The notes under the pieces are model-generated. The model saw only the letters and a program-made list of their open reading frames with translations, was not told the DNA's origin and did no database searches. Both the position numbers and the translations under genes were made by a program. A stretch of DNA of 31,039 nt, taken from assembly GCA_041288045.1 (NCBI GenBank), contig JBGGMM010000168.1, positions 1 to 31,039 of the forward strand. Direction: 5' to 3'. This stretch comes from Pseudobdellovibrionaceae bacterium (GTDB lineage: Bacteria > Bdellovibrionota > Bdellovibrionia > Bdellovibrionales > Bdellovibrionaceae). Below are positions 9,525-17,810 of this stretch, piece by piece. Position 1 is the first letter of the stretch. Each line of letters starts with the position of its first letter.

Positions 9525-9829
9525 CCAAGCCTCCGTTGTGTTTTGCAATATCTTCGCTGCGAAATACAATATTTTACGTTGTAATTCACAATATGAGTGT
9601 ATTGAAATCGCCGAATGGGTCAAGCTAAGTCTTTGAATTTATTTACTTATTAAAAGATGAGGGGTGTCGCACCCCAATTTTCTAATTCGCCTTAAGCTTA
9701 TAGTTATATTCTTAAGTGTTAAATAGATAAAATAATTGATTAATTTCAATGGGGTATTTTTAAGACTTTTCATTTTTCACAACTGACGATGCGCGTTTGG
9801 ACTAAAGGCCATATGAAAAAAGAGCGCTC

Positions 9830-9859
9830 GTGACATTTTCTTATCGGCAATTTTACACT
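9830..9859 (+). promoter_or_regulatory. Putative sigma70 promoter of the recombinase
   Basis: GTGACA-N18-TACACT, then SD gagga and ATG 9880. Confidence 0.45.
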
Positions 9860-9867
9860 TTGCATGA
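9841..9867 (-). promoter_or_regulatory. Putative sigma28 promoter facing the HTH gene
   Basis: Minus strand TCATG-N14-GCCGATAA with a perfect -10 element. Confidence 0.55.
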
Positions 9868-9879
9868 GGACTTAAGTCG

Positions 9880-10407
9880 ATGCAGGCCAGATACTCGCTG
9901 AATAAGAACAAATATCTCCTCGGTCCCGAGGTTGAACGAGTCCGAAAGATTGTTGAAGATTTTCAGACTTCAGATCCTCGAAACTGTTTTTTGATTTCTT
10001 TGGGGCTTCGAACCGGAGCTCGGGCTCAGGAACTTTTGAATCTGCAAAAGTCCGATTTAAACACTTACGATCAATCTGTTTTCATTCGCGGGATCAAGGG
10101 CAGCAATGACCGTGAAATCCCTTTGCAAGCTCGGTTTTTCGCTGATTTTTATCGCTATGTGGAGTCTTTATCAGGGACAAAGATTTTCGATATCAGCTAC
10201 CAGAGGCTTTATCAGATCTGGGAATTTTACAGGCCAGTCCCAAAGAAGTTTCACTCTCTCAGGCACACATTTGCCATTGAGCTTTATCAAAAGACGAAAG
10301 ATCTCAGACTGGTCCAGGTCGCTCTCGGTCACCGCAATATCACCAACACGATGATCTATGCGGACTACGTTTATTCGCAGCAAGAGCTTCGCCGCTTGAT
10401 CCTTTAG
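9880..10407 (+). CDS. Minimal tyrosine recombinase (catalytic domain only)
   Basis: 175 aa with all catalytic motifs: TGAR (R), GIKG (K), HSLRH (HxxR), LGH, TMIY (Y). No N-terminal core-binding domain. Confidence 0.92.
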   Translation: MQARYSLNKNKYLLGPEVERVRKIVEDFQTSDPRNCFLISLGLRTGARAQELLNLQKSDLNTYDQSVFIRGIKGSNDREIPLQARFFADFYRYVESLSGTKIFDISYQRLYQIWEFYRPVPKKFHSLRHTFAIELYQKTKDLRLVQVALGHRNITNTMIYADYVYSQQELRRLIL

Positions 10408-10415
10408 GGCCAAGG

Positions 10416-10760
10416 CTATTCGCCAGCAGCTTCATCCAGTTCTTGCGACAGTCGCTTCATCTCAGCTTTGTAGAGCTTTTTAGCAGATCGGTCTTTCTTC
10501 TCAGTCCAAAGTGATTGAGACGAAGAAACCACAATCTGTTCTGCTTCTGTCGGCGCCATGATCTTTTCTTTGGCGATGCTGCCGGGTTTATCGGCGTTCA
10601 GCTCAATACCAGCTTCTTTTTGCAAGCGAGCTCTCAAATCCGCTTCGGCTTTTTGATTGTCTTGGATCATTTGATTGAAGTCCTCGCCTTTAAACGCATT
10701 TCCGTAAGACAAAGAAGCCCCCAATGAAACGACCAGAATCAGTAAAGTTTGTTTTTTCAT
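10416..10760 (-). CDS. Small secreted helical hypothetical protein
   Basis: ATG 10760 after GGAGG; signal peptide MKKQTLLILVVSLGASLSYG. Confidence 0.8.
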   Translation of the reverse strand: MKKQTLLILVVSLGASLSYGNAFKGEDFNQMIQDNQKAEADLRARLQKEAGIELNADKPGSIAKEKIMAPTEAEQIVVSSSQSLWTEKKDRSAKKLYKAEMKRLSQELDEAAGE

Positions 10761-10889
10761 AAATCCTCCCGAATTCATTCTCTACCCTGACAAGGGGCAA
10801 GGTGTGGACCACTCAAAGGCAGTTAAAATCGAGAAGACTGACTCAAAATGAGACAAAGACGAGAATTGCCAAAAACTGTTCGCTGACTG

Positions 10890-11333
10890 TTAAGGGACTG
10901 TACAATCACCCGGACTGGTCTGCTGAATAGTTCCAGTGGGGCAGGACTGATTTTTATCAAGCACAAGGCTTCGGTGATTTTGCGAATCATAGCACAATTT
11001 GAATTCTGCGAAGCCCGATGGAGAAAGGACAAAATGGGTCTCTGAATTGGAGCTTCGATTGGAATCGCAACTTTTCAAGCTCGGCCCGCCAATAACTTCA
11101 TATTCGGTATGCTCTCCCATTGTAACTTGCTGGGGAGCTGAGCTAGGTGACATGGAGACTGTTTCCAGAGTGGCTTCAATGCCTGCCCGTTTGCAAACTC
11201 GGAACTGAATGCTTCGCTGAGTGCGATTTTCAATCCAGGCCGAATCCTCAACAGTTTTATTGCAGGCCTTATCGCAGGCCACGTGAAAGACCAGAGTTCC
11301 TAAAAGAAACGAAATTGCGAGTGCTTTTTCCAT
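10890..11333 (-). CDS. Cys-rich hypothetical lipoprotein
   Basis: ATG 11333, MEKALAISFLLGTLVFHVAC lipobox-like signal, six further Cys. Confidence 0.7.
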   Translation of the reverse strand: MEKALAISFLLGTLVFHVACDKACNKTVEDSAWIENRTQRSIQFRVCKRAGIEATLETVSMSPSSAPQQVTMGEHTEYEVIGGPSLKSCDSNRSSNSETHFVLSPSGFAEFKLCYDSQNHRSLVLDKNQSCPTGTIQQTSPGDCTVP

Positions 11334-11346
11334 GGACTTAATGAAG

Positions 11347-11362
11347 AGCAAAGAAAATGCCA
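11347..11362 (-). promoter_or_regulatory. Putative sigma54 promoter
   Basis: Minus strand TGGCAT-N5-TTGCT versus TGGCAC-N5-TTGCW; predicted +1 lies about 3 nt before ATG 11333. Confidence 0.5.
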
Positions 11363-11594
11363 CTTCTTTTGGCAGACCTCTAAGTGATCAATAAAGCTTG
11401 GATTTCAAAAATTTTGAGAAAATCAGAGAAGGCTTGTTAGAATGACAAATTCAAAGGCACTTGTCTTGTTTTTTCTGTTTTATTTCTGCTGTGGCCAAAT
11501 CATTTTCGCGATCCTCAAAAATGGACATGATGACTTTAAAAGTCATCTCCTGTTTTTCGTTGAGTTCAGGGTCATTCAAGTTTCTGCTGAAGGC

Positions 11595-12578
11595 ATGAAG
11601 AAAAAGTTTTTTATCATTGCCATTCTTCTTCCGCAGATCACTTGGGCCTGGGGCATGTTGGGACATCGAACCATTGCCTCCGTCGCTGAAAAACTGCTGG
11701 CTCCATCAGTTAAAATCGAACTTCGCAAATATTTTCCAGCAGGCGAAAACTTAGCGGATTCGGCTTACTGGGCTGACAGCTTAAAAGCCAATCCGGCACT
11801 CTGGGGTCACACCACCTCATATCACTTTGAGCAGATTCCTGATGGCAAAACCTATTTTCAAAGCTTGAAAATTCAATCCGCTGAAGAAAGAAAAAAAGGT
11901 GGCACGGTCGAAGCTTTGATTGAAGCTCAAAATGTCTTTTTATCAGCGACCCCCGCAGCGGAAAAAACCAATGCCTTGAAATTTTTAATTCATTTTGTGG
12001 GCGATATTCATCAGCCCCTTCATTCCGGACGACCTGAAGACAATGGGGGAAACAAAATCCCCGTCAACTGGCATGGAACTCAAACCAATTTGCATTCTGT
12101 TTGGGACACTTTACTGATCAATGAAGCTTACAATGAAGCGATGCAAATCCGTGAGTCCAAATCTTTTACGGATGAAACCTATGCCGAATTTCTGATCGAG
12201 AAATTTTCCAATTCTTCTTCGCCCCAAAACAAAGATGACTTTGAAGCCTGGCTGAAAGAATCCATGGCTCTTCGCAAGGATGCTTATGTGTACAAGGATG
12301 AGAGTGAAAAACAGTACACGCAGCGATTCACTCATGTGGTGGATGCGCAGATTTACAAAGCGGGGGTGCGACTGGCCGCTGTGCTCACGCGCCTGACGAA
12401 AGGCCAAACTCCCACGGCAACGCAAATGAATCTGCAAACTGCCATTGAAAAGATCACAGGACCGCTGAAATCTTTTATTTCGCTCCGGCCAAGGGCTCAA
12501 CTCACGTCTGAAGAAAAGACTCTTGCTCCTGATTCCAGTGAAAATGCAGAGCTCTGCAATCCCCTGCTTTTGCTCTAG
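11595..12578 (+). CDS. Secreted S1/P1 nuclease
   Basis: Signal peptide followed by mature WGMLGH; WAD, HFVGDIHQPLH and NLHSVWD Zn-ligand motifs. Start ATG 11595. Confidence 0.93.
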   Translation: MKKKFFIIAILLPQITWAWGMLGHRTIASVAEKLLAPSVKIELRKYFPAGENLADSAYWADSLKANPALWGHTTSYHFEQIPDGKTYFQSLKIQSAEERKKGGTVEALIEAQNVFLSATPAAEKTNALKFLIHFVGDIHQPLHSGRPEDNGGNKIPVNWHGTQTNLHSVWDTLLINEAYNEAMQIRESKSFTDETYAEFLIEKFSNSSSPQNKDDFEAWLKESMALRKDAYVYKDESEKQYTQRFTHVVDAQIYKAGVRLAAVLTRLTKGQTPTATQMNLQTAIEKITGPLKSFISLRPRAQLTSEEKTLAPDSSENAELCNPLLLL

Positions 12579-12640
12579 ACCATGGACTTGAAACCCAGTG
12601 CCGCTTGCTCTCAGAGCGGGGATTCGCTATCGTCGGCTTG

Positions 12641-13276
12641 ATGAAGTCTTCTCAATCCAACATCCATTCTTTTTTCCCCACTTTCGTTTATCAAGTCCCC
12701 TTGCGCACGGATCTTCCCTTGGGAAAACAAAACCGTGAACTTGTGGAAGAAATTCAGACAATTTCTGAAATCGATGAAAAAGGTCAGAAATGGAGCCGGA
12801 AAAACTATCCTGGGGGATACACCTCTTACGCCACTTACAATCAGCTTCATCGTTTCTCGACAACTTTTGAAAATCTCAGGAAAAAAATTGATTTAGAAGT
12901 GCGCAAATTCGCTCAATGGCTTGAAATGGATTTGCAAGGTCGGAAATTGCTGATGACTTCGCTTTGGGCCAATCAAATGCCAACCTCGGTCGTGCATGGC
13001 ATGCACATTCACCCTCTTTCCACCATCAGCGGCACTTATTATGTGCAAACTCCAAAAAACTGCAGCGCCATCAAATTTGAAGATCCAAGGCTTGTGAATT
13101 TTATGGCATCCCCGCCCCGAAAGCCAAAGGCCAAGCCCGAAAACCAGCGATTCATTTCGATTCAACCCAAAGCTGGTGATCTGATCCTGTTTGAAAGTTG
13201 GCTTCGCCATGAGGTGCCGCCCAATCCGTCGAAAGCAGAAAGAGTGAGTCTGAGTTTTAATTATGATTGGATTTAA
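12641..13276 (+). CDS. TIGR02466-family putative 2OG-Fe(II) oxygenase
   Basis: FPTFVY, HGMHIHP, ISGTYYV, FEDPR, LFESWLRHEV, RVSLSFNY. Confidence 0.85.
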   Translation: MKSSQSNIHSFFPTFVYQVPLRTDLPLGKQNRELVEEIQTISEIDEKGQKWSRKNYPGGYTSYATYNQLHRFSTTFENLRKKIDLEVRKFAQWLEMDLQGRKLLMTSLWANQMPTSVVHGMHIHPLSTISGTYYVQTPKNCSAIKFEDPRLVNFMASPPRKPKAKPENQRFISIQPKAGDLILFESWLRHEVPPNPSKAERVSLSFNYDWI

Positions 13277-13279
13277 CCC

Positions 13280-14026
13280 ATGGCTTTGATCCACGCAGAG
13301 AATCTCGGCAAGGTCTTCGAATCCAGACGAAACCGAGAGACCACGGTTTTTAAAAATTTCAATTTGCAATTAGAGCCCCGTGAGTTTGTGACTTTGCTGG
13401 GACCCTCCGGCTGTGGCAAATCCACTCTGCTTCGCATTCTCGGAGGCTTGGAAAAGGCCAGTGAAGGTTCGCTTGAAAGAAAATTTCAATCCGGCTCTTT
13501 TGTTTTTCAGGAGCCAAGACTTCTTCCGTGGAAAACCTGTCTTGAAAATGTGCTTTTGCCTTTGGAAATCAAGAATTCAAAAGTTTCACAGGCCGATCAT
13601 GGCAAAGCTAAAGAACTTCTCAAATTGATGAAGCTTGAAAAATTCGAAAGCCATTTTCCAGCAGAGCTCAGCGGTGGGATGAAAATGCGAAATGCGCTCG
13701 CCAGAAGTCTCATTCTCAATCCAGATTTTCTGCTTTTGGATGAGCCTTTCTCGGCTTTGGATGAAACCACTCGTCTTTTTTTGCAAGTGGAGATCCGCAA
13801 TCTGTTTGAGACCAAGCCTTGGACTTTTTGCTTTGTCACTCACTCGATTGAAGAAGCCTGTTTTCTTTCCAGTCGAATTCTCATTTTCTCAAAGGATCGA
13901 AATCAGCTCATCGAACACAAATCCAATCTGCCAAACAAAAGGAAAGAGTCTCTGCGCGATGAGCTTGCTTTTTTTGAAGAAGTGAAAAAAGTCCGCCACC
14001 TTTTTCAAACAGAGGCTTTGTCATGA
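13280..14026 (+). CDS. NitT/TauT-family ABC transporter ATP-binding protein
   Basis: GPSGCGKST, VFQEPRLLPW, LSGGM, LLLDEPFSALD, VTHSIEEA. Confidence 0.95.
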   Translation: MALIHAENLGKVFESRRNRETTVFKNFNLQLEPREFVTLLGPSGCGKSTLLRILGGLEKASEGSLERKFQSGSFVFQEPRLLPWKTCLENVLLPLEIKNSKVSQADHGKAKELLKLMKLEKFESHFPAELSGGMKMRNALARSLILNPDFLLLDEPFSALDETTRLFLQVEIRNLFETKPWTFCFVTHSIEEACFLSSRILIFSKDRNQLIEHKSNLPNKRKESLRDELAFFEEVKKVRHLFQTEALS

Positions 14027-14778
14027 AAAAATCCTGGCCCAGTCTTCTTGCTTTTGTTTTGATTCTTTTGGTTTGGCACTTCATCGTCAGTTCCGGACTG
14101 ATCCCCTCATTCCTGCTTCCAGCACCAGGTCAAGTTTTTCACTCTTTCTCAGAAATGCCCGAAGACTTCGCCATGGCTTTTCAAAGCACGCTGAAATCCA
14201 CTCTTTGGGGATTTTTCTTAAGTTCTATTCTGGGTTTTTCATTGGCTCTTTTATTTTCAAGCTCTGATTTTCTTAAAAGAGCTTTTCTTCCATTCGCGGT
14301 TTTCTTTCAAACAGTCCCGATTGTTGCGATTGCACCACTTTTAGTGATTTGGTTTGGTTTTGGAGAATCCACAGTGCGGGCTTCAGCTTTGATCGTTTCT
14401 ATCTTCCCAGTTCTCGCCAATTCTCTTGTGGGACTTTCGAATTTCGATGCAGGCTTGAAGGAATTACTTAATTCTTACGGGGCCTCTCATCGACAAATTC
14501 TTTTAAAATTACAAATTCCTTCTAGCCTTCCGGCTGTCTTCTCAGGCCTTCAAGTCGCGGCAGGACTGGCGGTCATTGGCGCTTTGGTCGGAGAGTTTGT
14601 TGCCGGTGGTGGCTTAGGAGGCCTCATTGACTCTGCACGAACACAACAGCGAGTCGACATTGTCTTCGCAGCTCTTTTTCTTTCTTCTGTATTGGGCTTG
14701 GGATTAACGGGGTTGGTTCGCGGAGCCGCTCAAATGATTTTACGCTGGCGTCCGTTTTTTTCCAAAGATCTTTTTTAA
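14023..14778 (+). CDS. NitT/TauT-family ABC transporter permease
   Basis: About 6 TM helices, LPAP, QTVPIVAIAPLLVIWFGFG, VGEF; ATGA overlap with the ATPase. Confidence 0.93.
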   Translation: MKKSWPSLLAFVLILLVWHFIVSSGLIPSFLLPAPGQVFHSFSEMPEDFAMAFQSTLKSTLWGFFLSSILGFSLALLFSSSDFLKRAFLPFAVFFQTVPIVAIAPLLVIWFGFGESTVRASALIVSIFPVLANSLVGLSNFDAGLKELLNSYGASHRQILLKLQIPSSLPAVFSGLQVAAGLAVIGALVGEFVAGGGLGGLIDSARTQQRVDIVFAALFLSSVLGLGLTGLVRGAAQMILRWRPFFSKDLF

Positions 14779-14791
14779 AATCATGTCCTGA

Positions 14792-16105
14792 TTAGCCTCC
14801 CCCACCGCCGGGAATTATACCGAGGCTTTCACCTGTCAAATTGAAAGAAGGATTCGCTCCAGGTGGACAAACAAACGCATCTAGAAGAGGTCCACTGCCA
14901 CCGTCATCTGAGTCGACCCAGCGAACGTAGGTTCGCCCGGTGGCAAGAACACATCCTTTGCTTGCCAAAGCTGAAGAAAATGCAGCATTCGTTCCTGTCG
15001 GGAGAGGGCACCTTGATCCCTGCCAATCCGTCTCTTTCAGAACATAACGGCCGACTCCAAGGTCCACGTAACCACACCAAGACCCGATGGCCGAGTTCTG
15101 ACTTTCAAGCCGAGTCCCATAGAATCTCTCTCCACCCGAGGAGAATCCGACCATCGTATCTGGCTGGGGATCTGTTAAATAAGCGGCCGAATAATCGTCT
15201 CCATCCAGTTGAAAAGCGCCATCCCTCCAAACGACTGGAGCCGAATACAAAATGTAAACAGCGGGATTGCCCCATCCTGCAACTATCGGCAAAACTCGAT
15301 ATAGCTTTCCCTGGCAATTGCCCTCGGCATCCAATACTCCCCCGCGAGAAGCGCACCGGGCCATCGACATTGATTTGTTCGCACTGCAGGTAGCGTTGGT
15401 CCCACCATTTAAACCGATGCAAATCCAATCCCAAGGACCCGTTCCGGTGACGACCGGGGCACTGGCGAGCTTTCGAGCTGGATCGCAAAGTTCCGCACTC
15501 AGTGTTGGCTTGATAGGCAAGTAATCGCCATCCGCAGGACCGCATTTGGCATTCACAATACAAGCTCGAGTGTCCCCCTGAAGACTGGGACAAGCGACTC
15601 CCGTTCCCTGTTGCTGAGTAGAAATTGAGTAGGTTTGAAGAGCTGTTCCTAGATTGCAAGCTCCCCAGGAGCCGACACAATCCACATCAGGAACATCCAC
15701 ATCATACCAAGCATCATAAACAAGCAACGCAGTGGTTGTCGCTGTGATTGTCGTTTCAACAGTGGTCTCTCGATTGATCCAAGGCAGTTGCACTTCGAGA
15801 ACTCTTCGGACAGCCCCATCGTAAGAGTCATCGGTATCCATCAAGGCAAATGGCAATTGTTGAACACTAAAGGTTTGCCCAGACGTTGTGGTGCAGGCAT
15901 CAAGTGGAACTGTGAAAGAGACAGGGAGCATATGGAAAGGGATCACAATGCTTTTAACTGAGGCTCGGCGAGAAGTACAGAAAGTGGCGCCACAGCCATT
16001 GGGAGCAACGAAAACGGGACGCGTGCAGTCCACTGCCTCCGCAGTCTTGGGTAAAATCAACATCCCCAGCAGTGCCAATAACGTGAACAAGCCTGGCGCT
16101 ACCAT
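14792..16105 (-). CDS. Secreted Cys-rich protein with a thrombospondin-1-like repeat
   Basis: SD aagga; signal peptide ending AEA; DCVGSWGAC...QTYSI...GTGVACP...RAC; followed by a CG...LC...GPWDWICIGLNGGTNATC module. Confidence 0.78.
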   Translation of the reverse strand: MVAPGLFTLLALLGMLILPKTAEAVDCTRPVFVAPNGCGATFCTSRRASVKSIVIPFHMLPVSFTVPLDACTTTSGQTFSVQQLPFALMDTDDSYDGAVRRVLEVQLPWINRETTVETTITATTTALLVYDAWYDVDVPDVDCVGSWGACNLGTALQTYSISTQQQGTGVACPSLQGDTRACIVNAKCGPADGDYLPIKPTLSAELCDPARKLASAPVVTGTGPWDWICIGLNGGTNATCSANKSMSMARCASRGGVLDAEGNCQGKLYRVLPIVAGWGNPAVYILYSAPVVWRDGAFQLDGDDYSAAYLTDPQPDTMVGFSSGGERFYGTRLESQNSAIGSWCGYVDLGVGRYVLKETDWQGSRCPLPTGTNAAFSSALASKGCVLATGRTYVRWVDSDDGGSGPLLDAFVCPPGANPSFNLTGESLGIIPGGGGG

Positions 16106-16123
16106 ATTTCCTTCTTTGACTAC

Positions 16124-16151
16124 CTATCGACTTAAGTCTTGAGTTACTAAA
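16124..16151 (-). promoter_or_regulatory. Possible sigma28 promoter
   Basis: Minus strand TTTAG-N15-GTCGATAG, just upstream of the SD and ATG 16105. Confidence 0.4.
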
Positions 16152-16205
16152 GCAAATTTTAACACTTTAGTTCCTGAGTGCATAAAACGCGGTTGAGCCG
16201 ATCTC

Positions 16206-17717
16206 TCAGTGCCCCTTTGTCTCAATTTTATTCAATCGCTGTTCCAATTTGGAAATTCGGTCATTCGATTCTTGGAGTGCCTTGATCAAATGCGGAACCA
16301 ACTCGTTGTAATTCACAGTCAGTTTTCCATCCGTATCCTGATGAACAAGATGCGGATAAATTTTTTGAATGTCTTGAGCGATCACTCCTGAATGCAGTTC
16401 CTTTTTCGAATCCGATTTGAAATTGTAATTGTAAGTCAAAACTTGATTGATCAATTCTGTCTGCGCCGGCAGTGGCCTGATATTTTCCTTTAATCGCCTG
16501 TCGGAACTGGCCGTAAAAGAGGTCGCATTCATATTGTTAAATCCGGTTGAGCTTCGGCCGCCACCAAAAAAACCTGCCGTTGTAGCTCCGATTAATTTCA
16601 AGGGACCTTCGATCTGGACCTCACCATCAACAGTCAATGTACTGACCGCCGTATCCAGCGTTACAGGACCCACTATCTTCGCTCCACCCTCCTGCACGTC
16701 CAGTCCTCCGACAGATACGGTGGCTCCGCCAGTTTCGACAATCAGTCCGTTTCGAACAAAGGCTGAATTTAATATTCGCGAAGTCCCATTGACATTCAAA
16801 TTATCATTCACAACCACACTGGCCGACGCCGATACCAATGTCAGGTCAGCACCTGTGACGCCGATGGTACTGCGTGGAGTATTGGTCAATAAATTTGGAA
16901 GCGACGAATAGAATCGAATTTCTGGCATTGTTCCATACACACTCAATCCCACCCCGCCCGCATTGGACATCACACTTAATCCACCATTAGCTTTAGGTCC
17001 AAATCCGAGCTCCGCCGGTTGATCCTGAGTGAGCCCCTGATTGTTGAGCGCAAGCTGCGAGAGAATACAGCGGGGAGGTCCCGCAGATCCATTGAAGGTT
17101 CCATCGAACATTGTTTCACAGACATACTGCTCTGTCAGAACAGCTCCACTGCCGCATGAAAAAATAGCTCCTGTCCCTGCATCTGCTGCTACGAGAGAAA
17201 GGGCTGTCACTTGCGGACGCATCTCGATCAATTGGTCATTTCTCATTTTATAAGTCACGACAAGATTGGCGGGCACGCGGACAAATCCCGGCGCACCCGG
17301 AATCGGATTTGGAGCCTGGGCGAGGACCAATTCGATTTTTTCGACCTGTAAAGTGCTCCCAGGAGAGGTGTCCAGTCCGGCGGTCACAATAGGCCTCGCC
17401 ACTCCCCCCTGATTGATCTGCAGAACACTCATAGGAAGGGTGCGAGGAAAAGGGCCGGTCGCTGTTCCTATTCCCCGCGCTGGCCAATTCCCGGCATCAT
17501 CCACAATCCCATCTCGACAAAGTTGCGAATCATTGATCATTGTCAGGATCTGGCTGTTGATCCCCAGAGCCATATCTTTGAGTTCAATTCGTTTTTGTTG
17601 TTTGGAAGAACCGCTGATCAGAGCTGCAATGGCCATCGAAAGAATGCCGAGCATGGCCATACCGACTAAAATTTCAACTATGCTAAAGCCAGGCGATGGC
17701 TTTTGATTTTTTAGCAT
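16206..17717 (-). CDS. Prepilin-type N-terminus fused to fibre-like repeats and a C-terminal peptidase S74 intramolecular chaperone
   Basis: ATG 17717 after ggggag; KPSPG|FSIVEILVGMAMLGIL (G-1, F1, E5); SSDRRLKENI...GVIAQDIQKIYPHLV...VNYNELVPHLIKALQE plus terminal coiled coil. Confidence 0.9.
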   Translation of the reverse strand: MLKNQKPSPGFSIVEILVGMAMLGILSMAIAALISGSSKQQKRIELKDMALGINSQILTMINDSQLCRDGIVDDAGNWPARGIGTATGPFPRTLPMSVLQINQGGVARPIVTAGLDTSPGSTLQVEKIELVLAQAPNPIPGAPGFVRVPANLVVTYKMRNDQLIEMRPQVTALSLVAADAGTGAIFSCGSGAVLTEQYVCETMFDGTFNGSAGPPRCILSQLALNNQGLTQDQPAELGFGPKANGGLSVMSNAGGVGLSVYGTMPEIRFYSSLPNLLTNTPRSTIGVTGADLTLVSASASVVVNDNLNVNGTSRILNSAFVRNGLIVETGGATVSVGGLDVQEGGAKIVGPVTLDTAVSTLTVDGEVQIEGPLKLIGATTAGFFGGGRSSTGFNNMNATSFTASSDRRLKENIRPLPAQTELINQVLTYNYNFKSDSKKELHSGVIAQDIQKIYPHLVHQDTDGKLTVNYNELVPHLIKALQESNDRISKLEQRLNKIETKGH

Positions 17718-17748
17718 CGCGATGGCTCCCCGATTCAAGTTAAGTCAC

Positions 17749-17775
17749 TTATCGGAGAATTGAACCTAAACTTAA
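17749..17775 (-). promoter_or_regulatory. Sigma28 (FliA) promoter
   Basis: Minus strand TTAAGTTT-N11-TCCGATAA versus TAAAGTTT-N11-GCCGATAA (14/16 match, exact spacing). Confidence 0.75.
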
Positions 17776-17810
17776 ATCCAGTGAGCTTGCGATCGAAAAT
17801 GAGACAGAGC

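Noticed and set aside
9880..10407. Calling the recombinase xerC/xerD or a prophage integrase
   Set aside because: Too short, no N-terminal domain, and no phage genes, tRNA or att repeats nearby.
16206..17717. Prophage remnant
   Set aside because: The S74 domain is in a protein with a cellular pilin leader and sigma28 promoter; there are no other phage genes.
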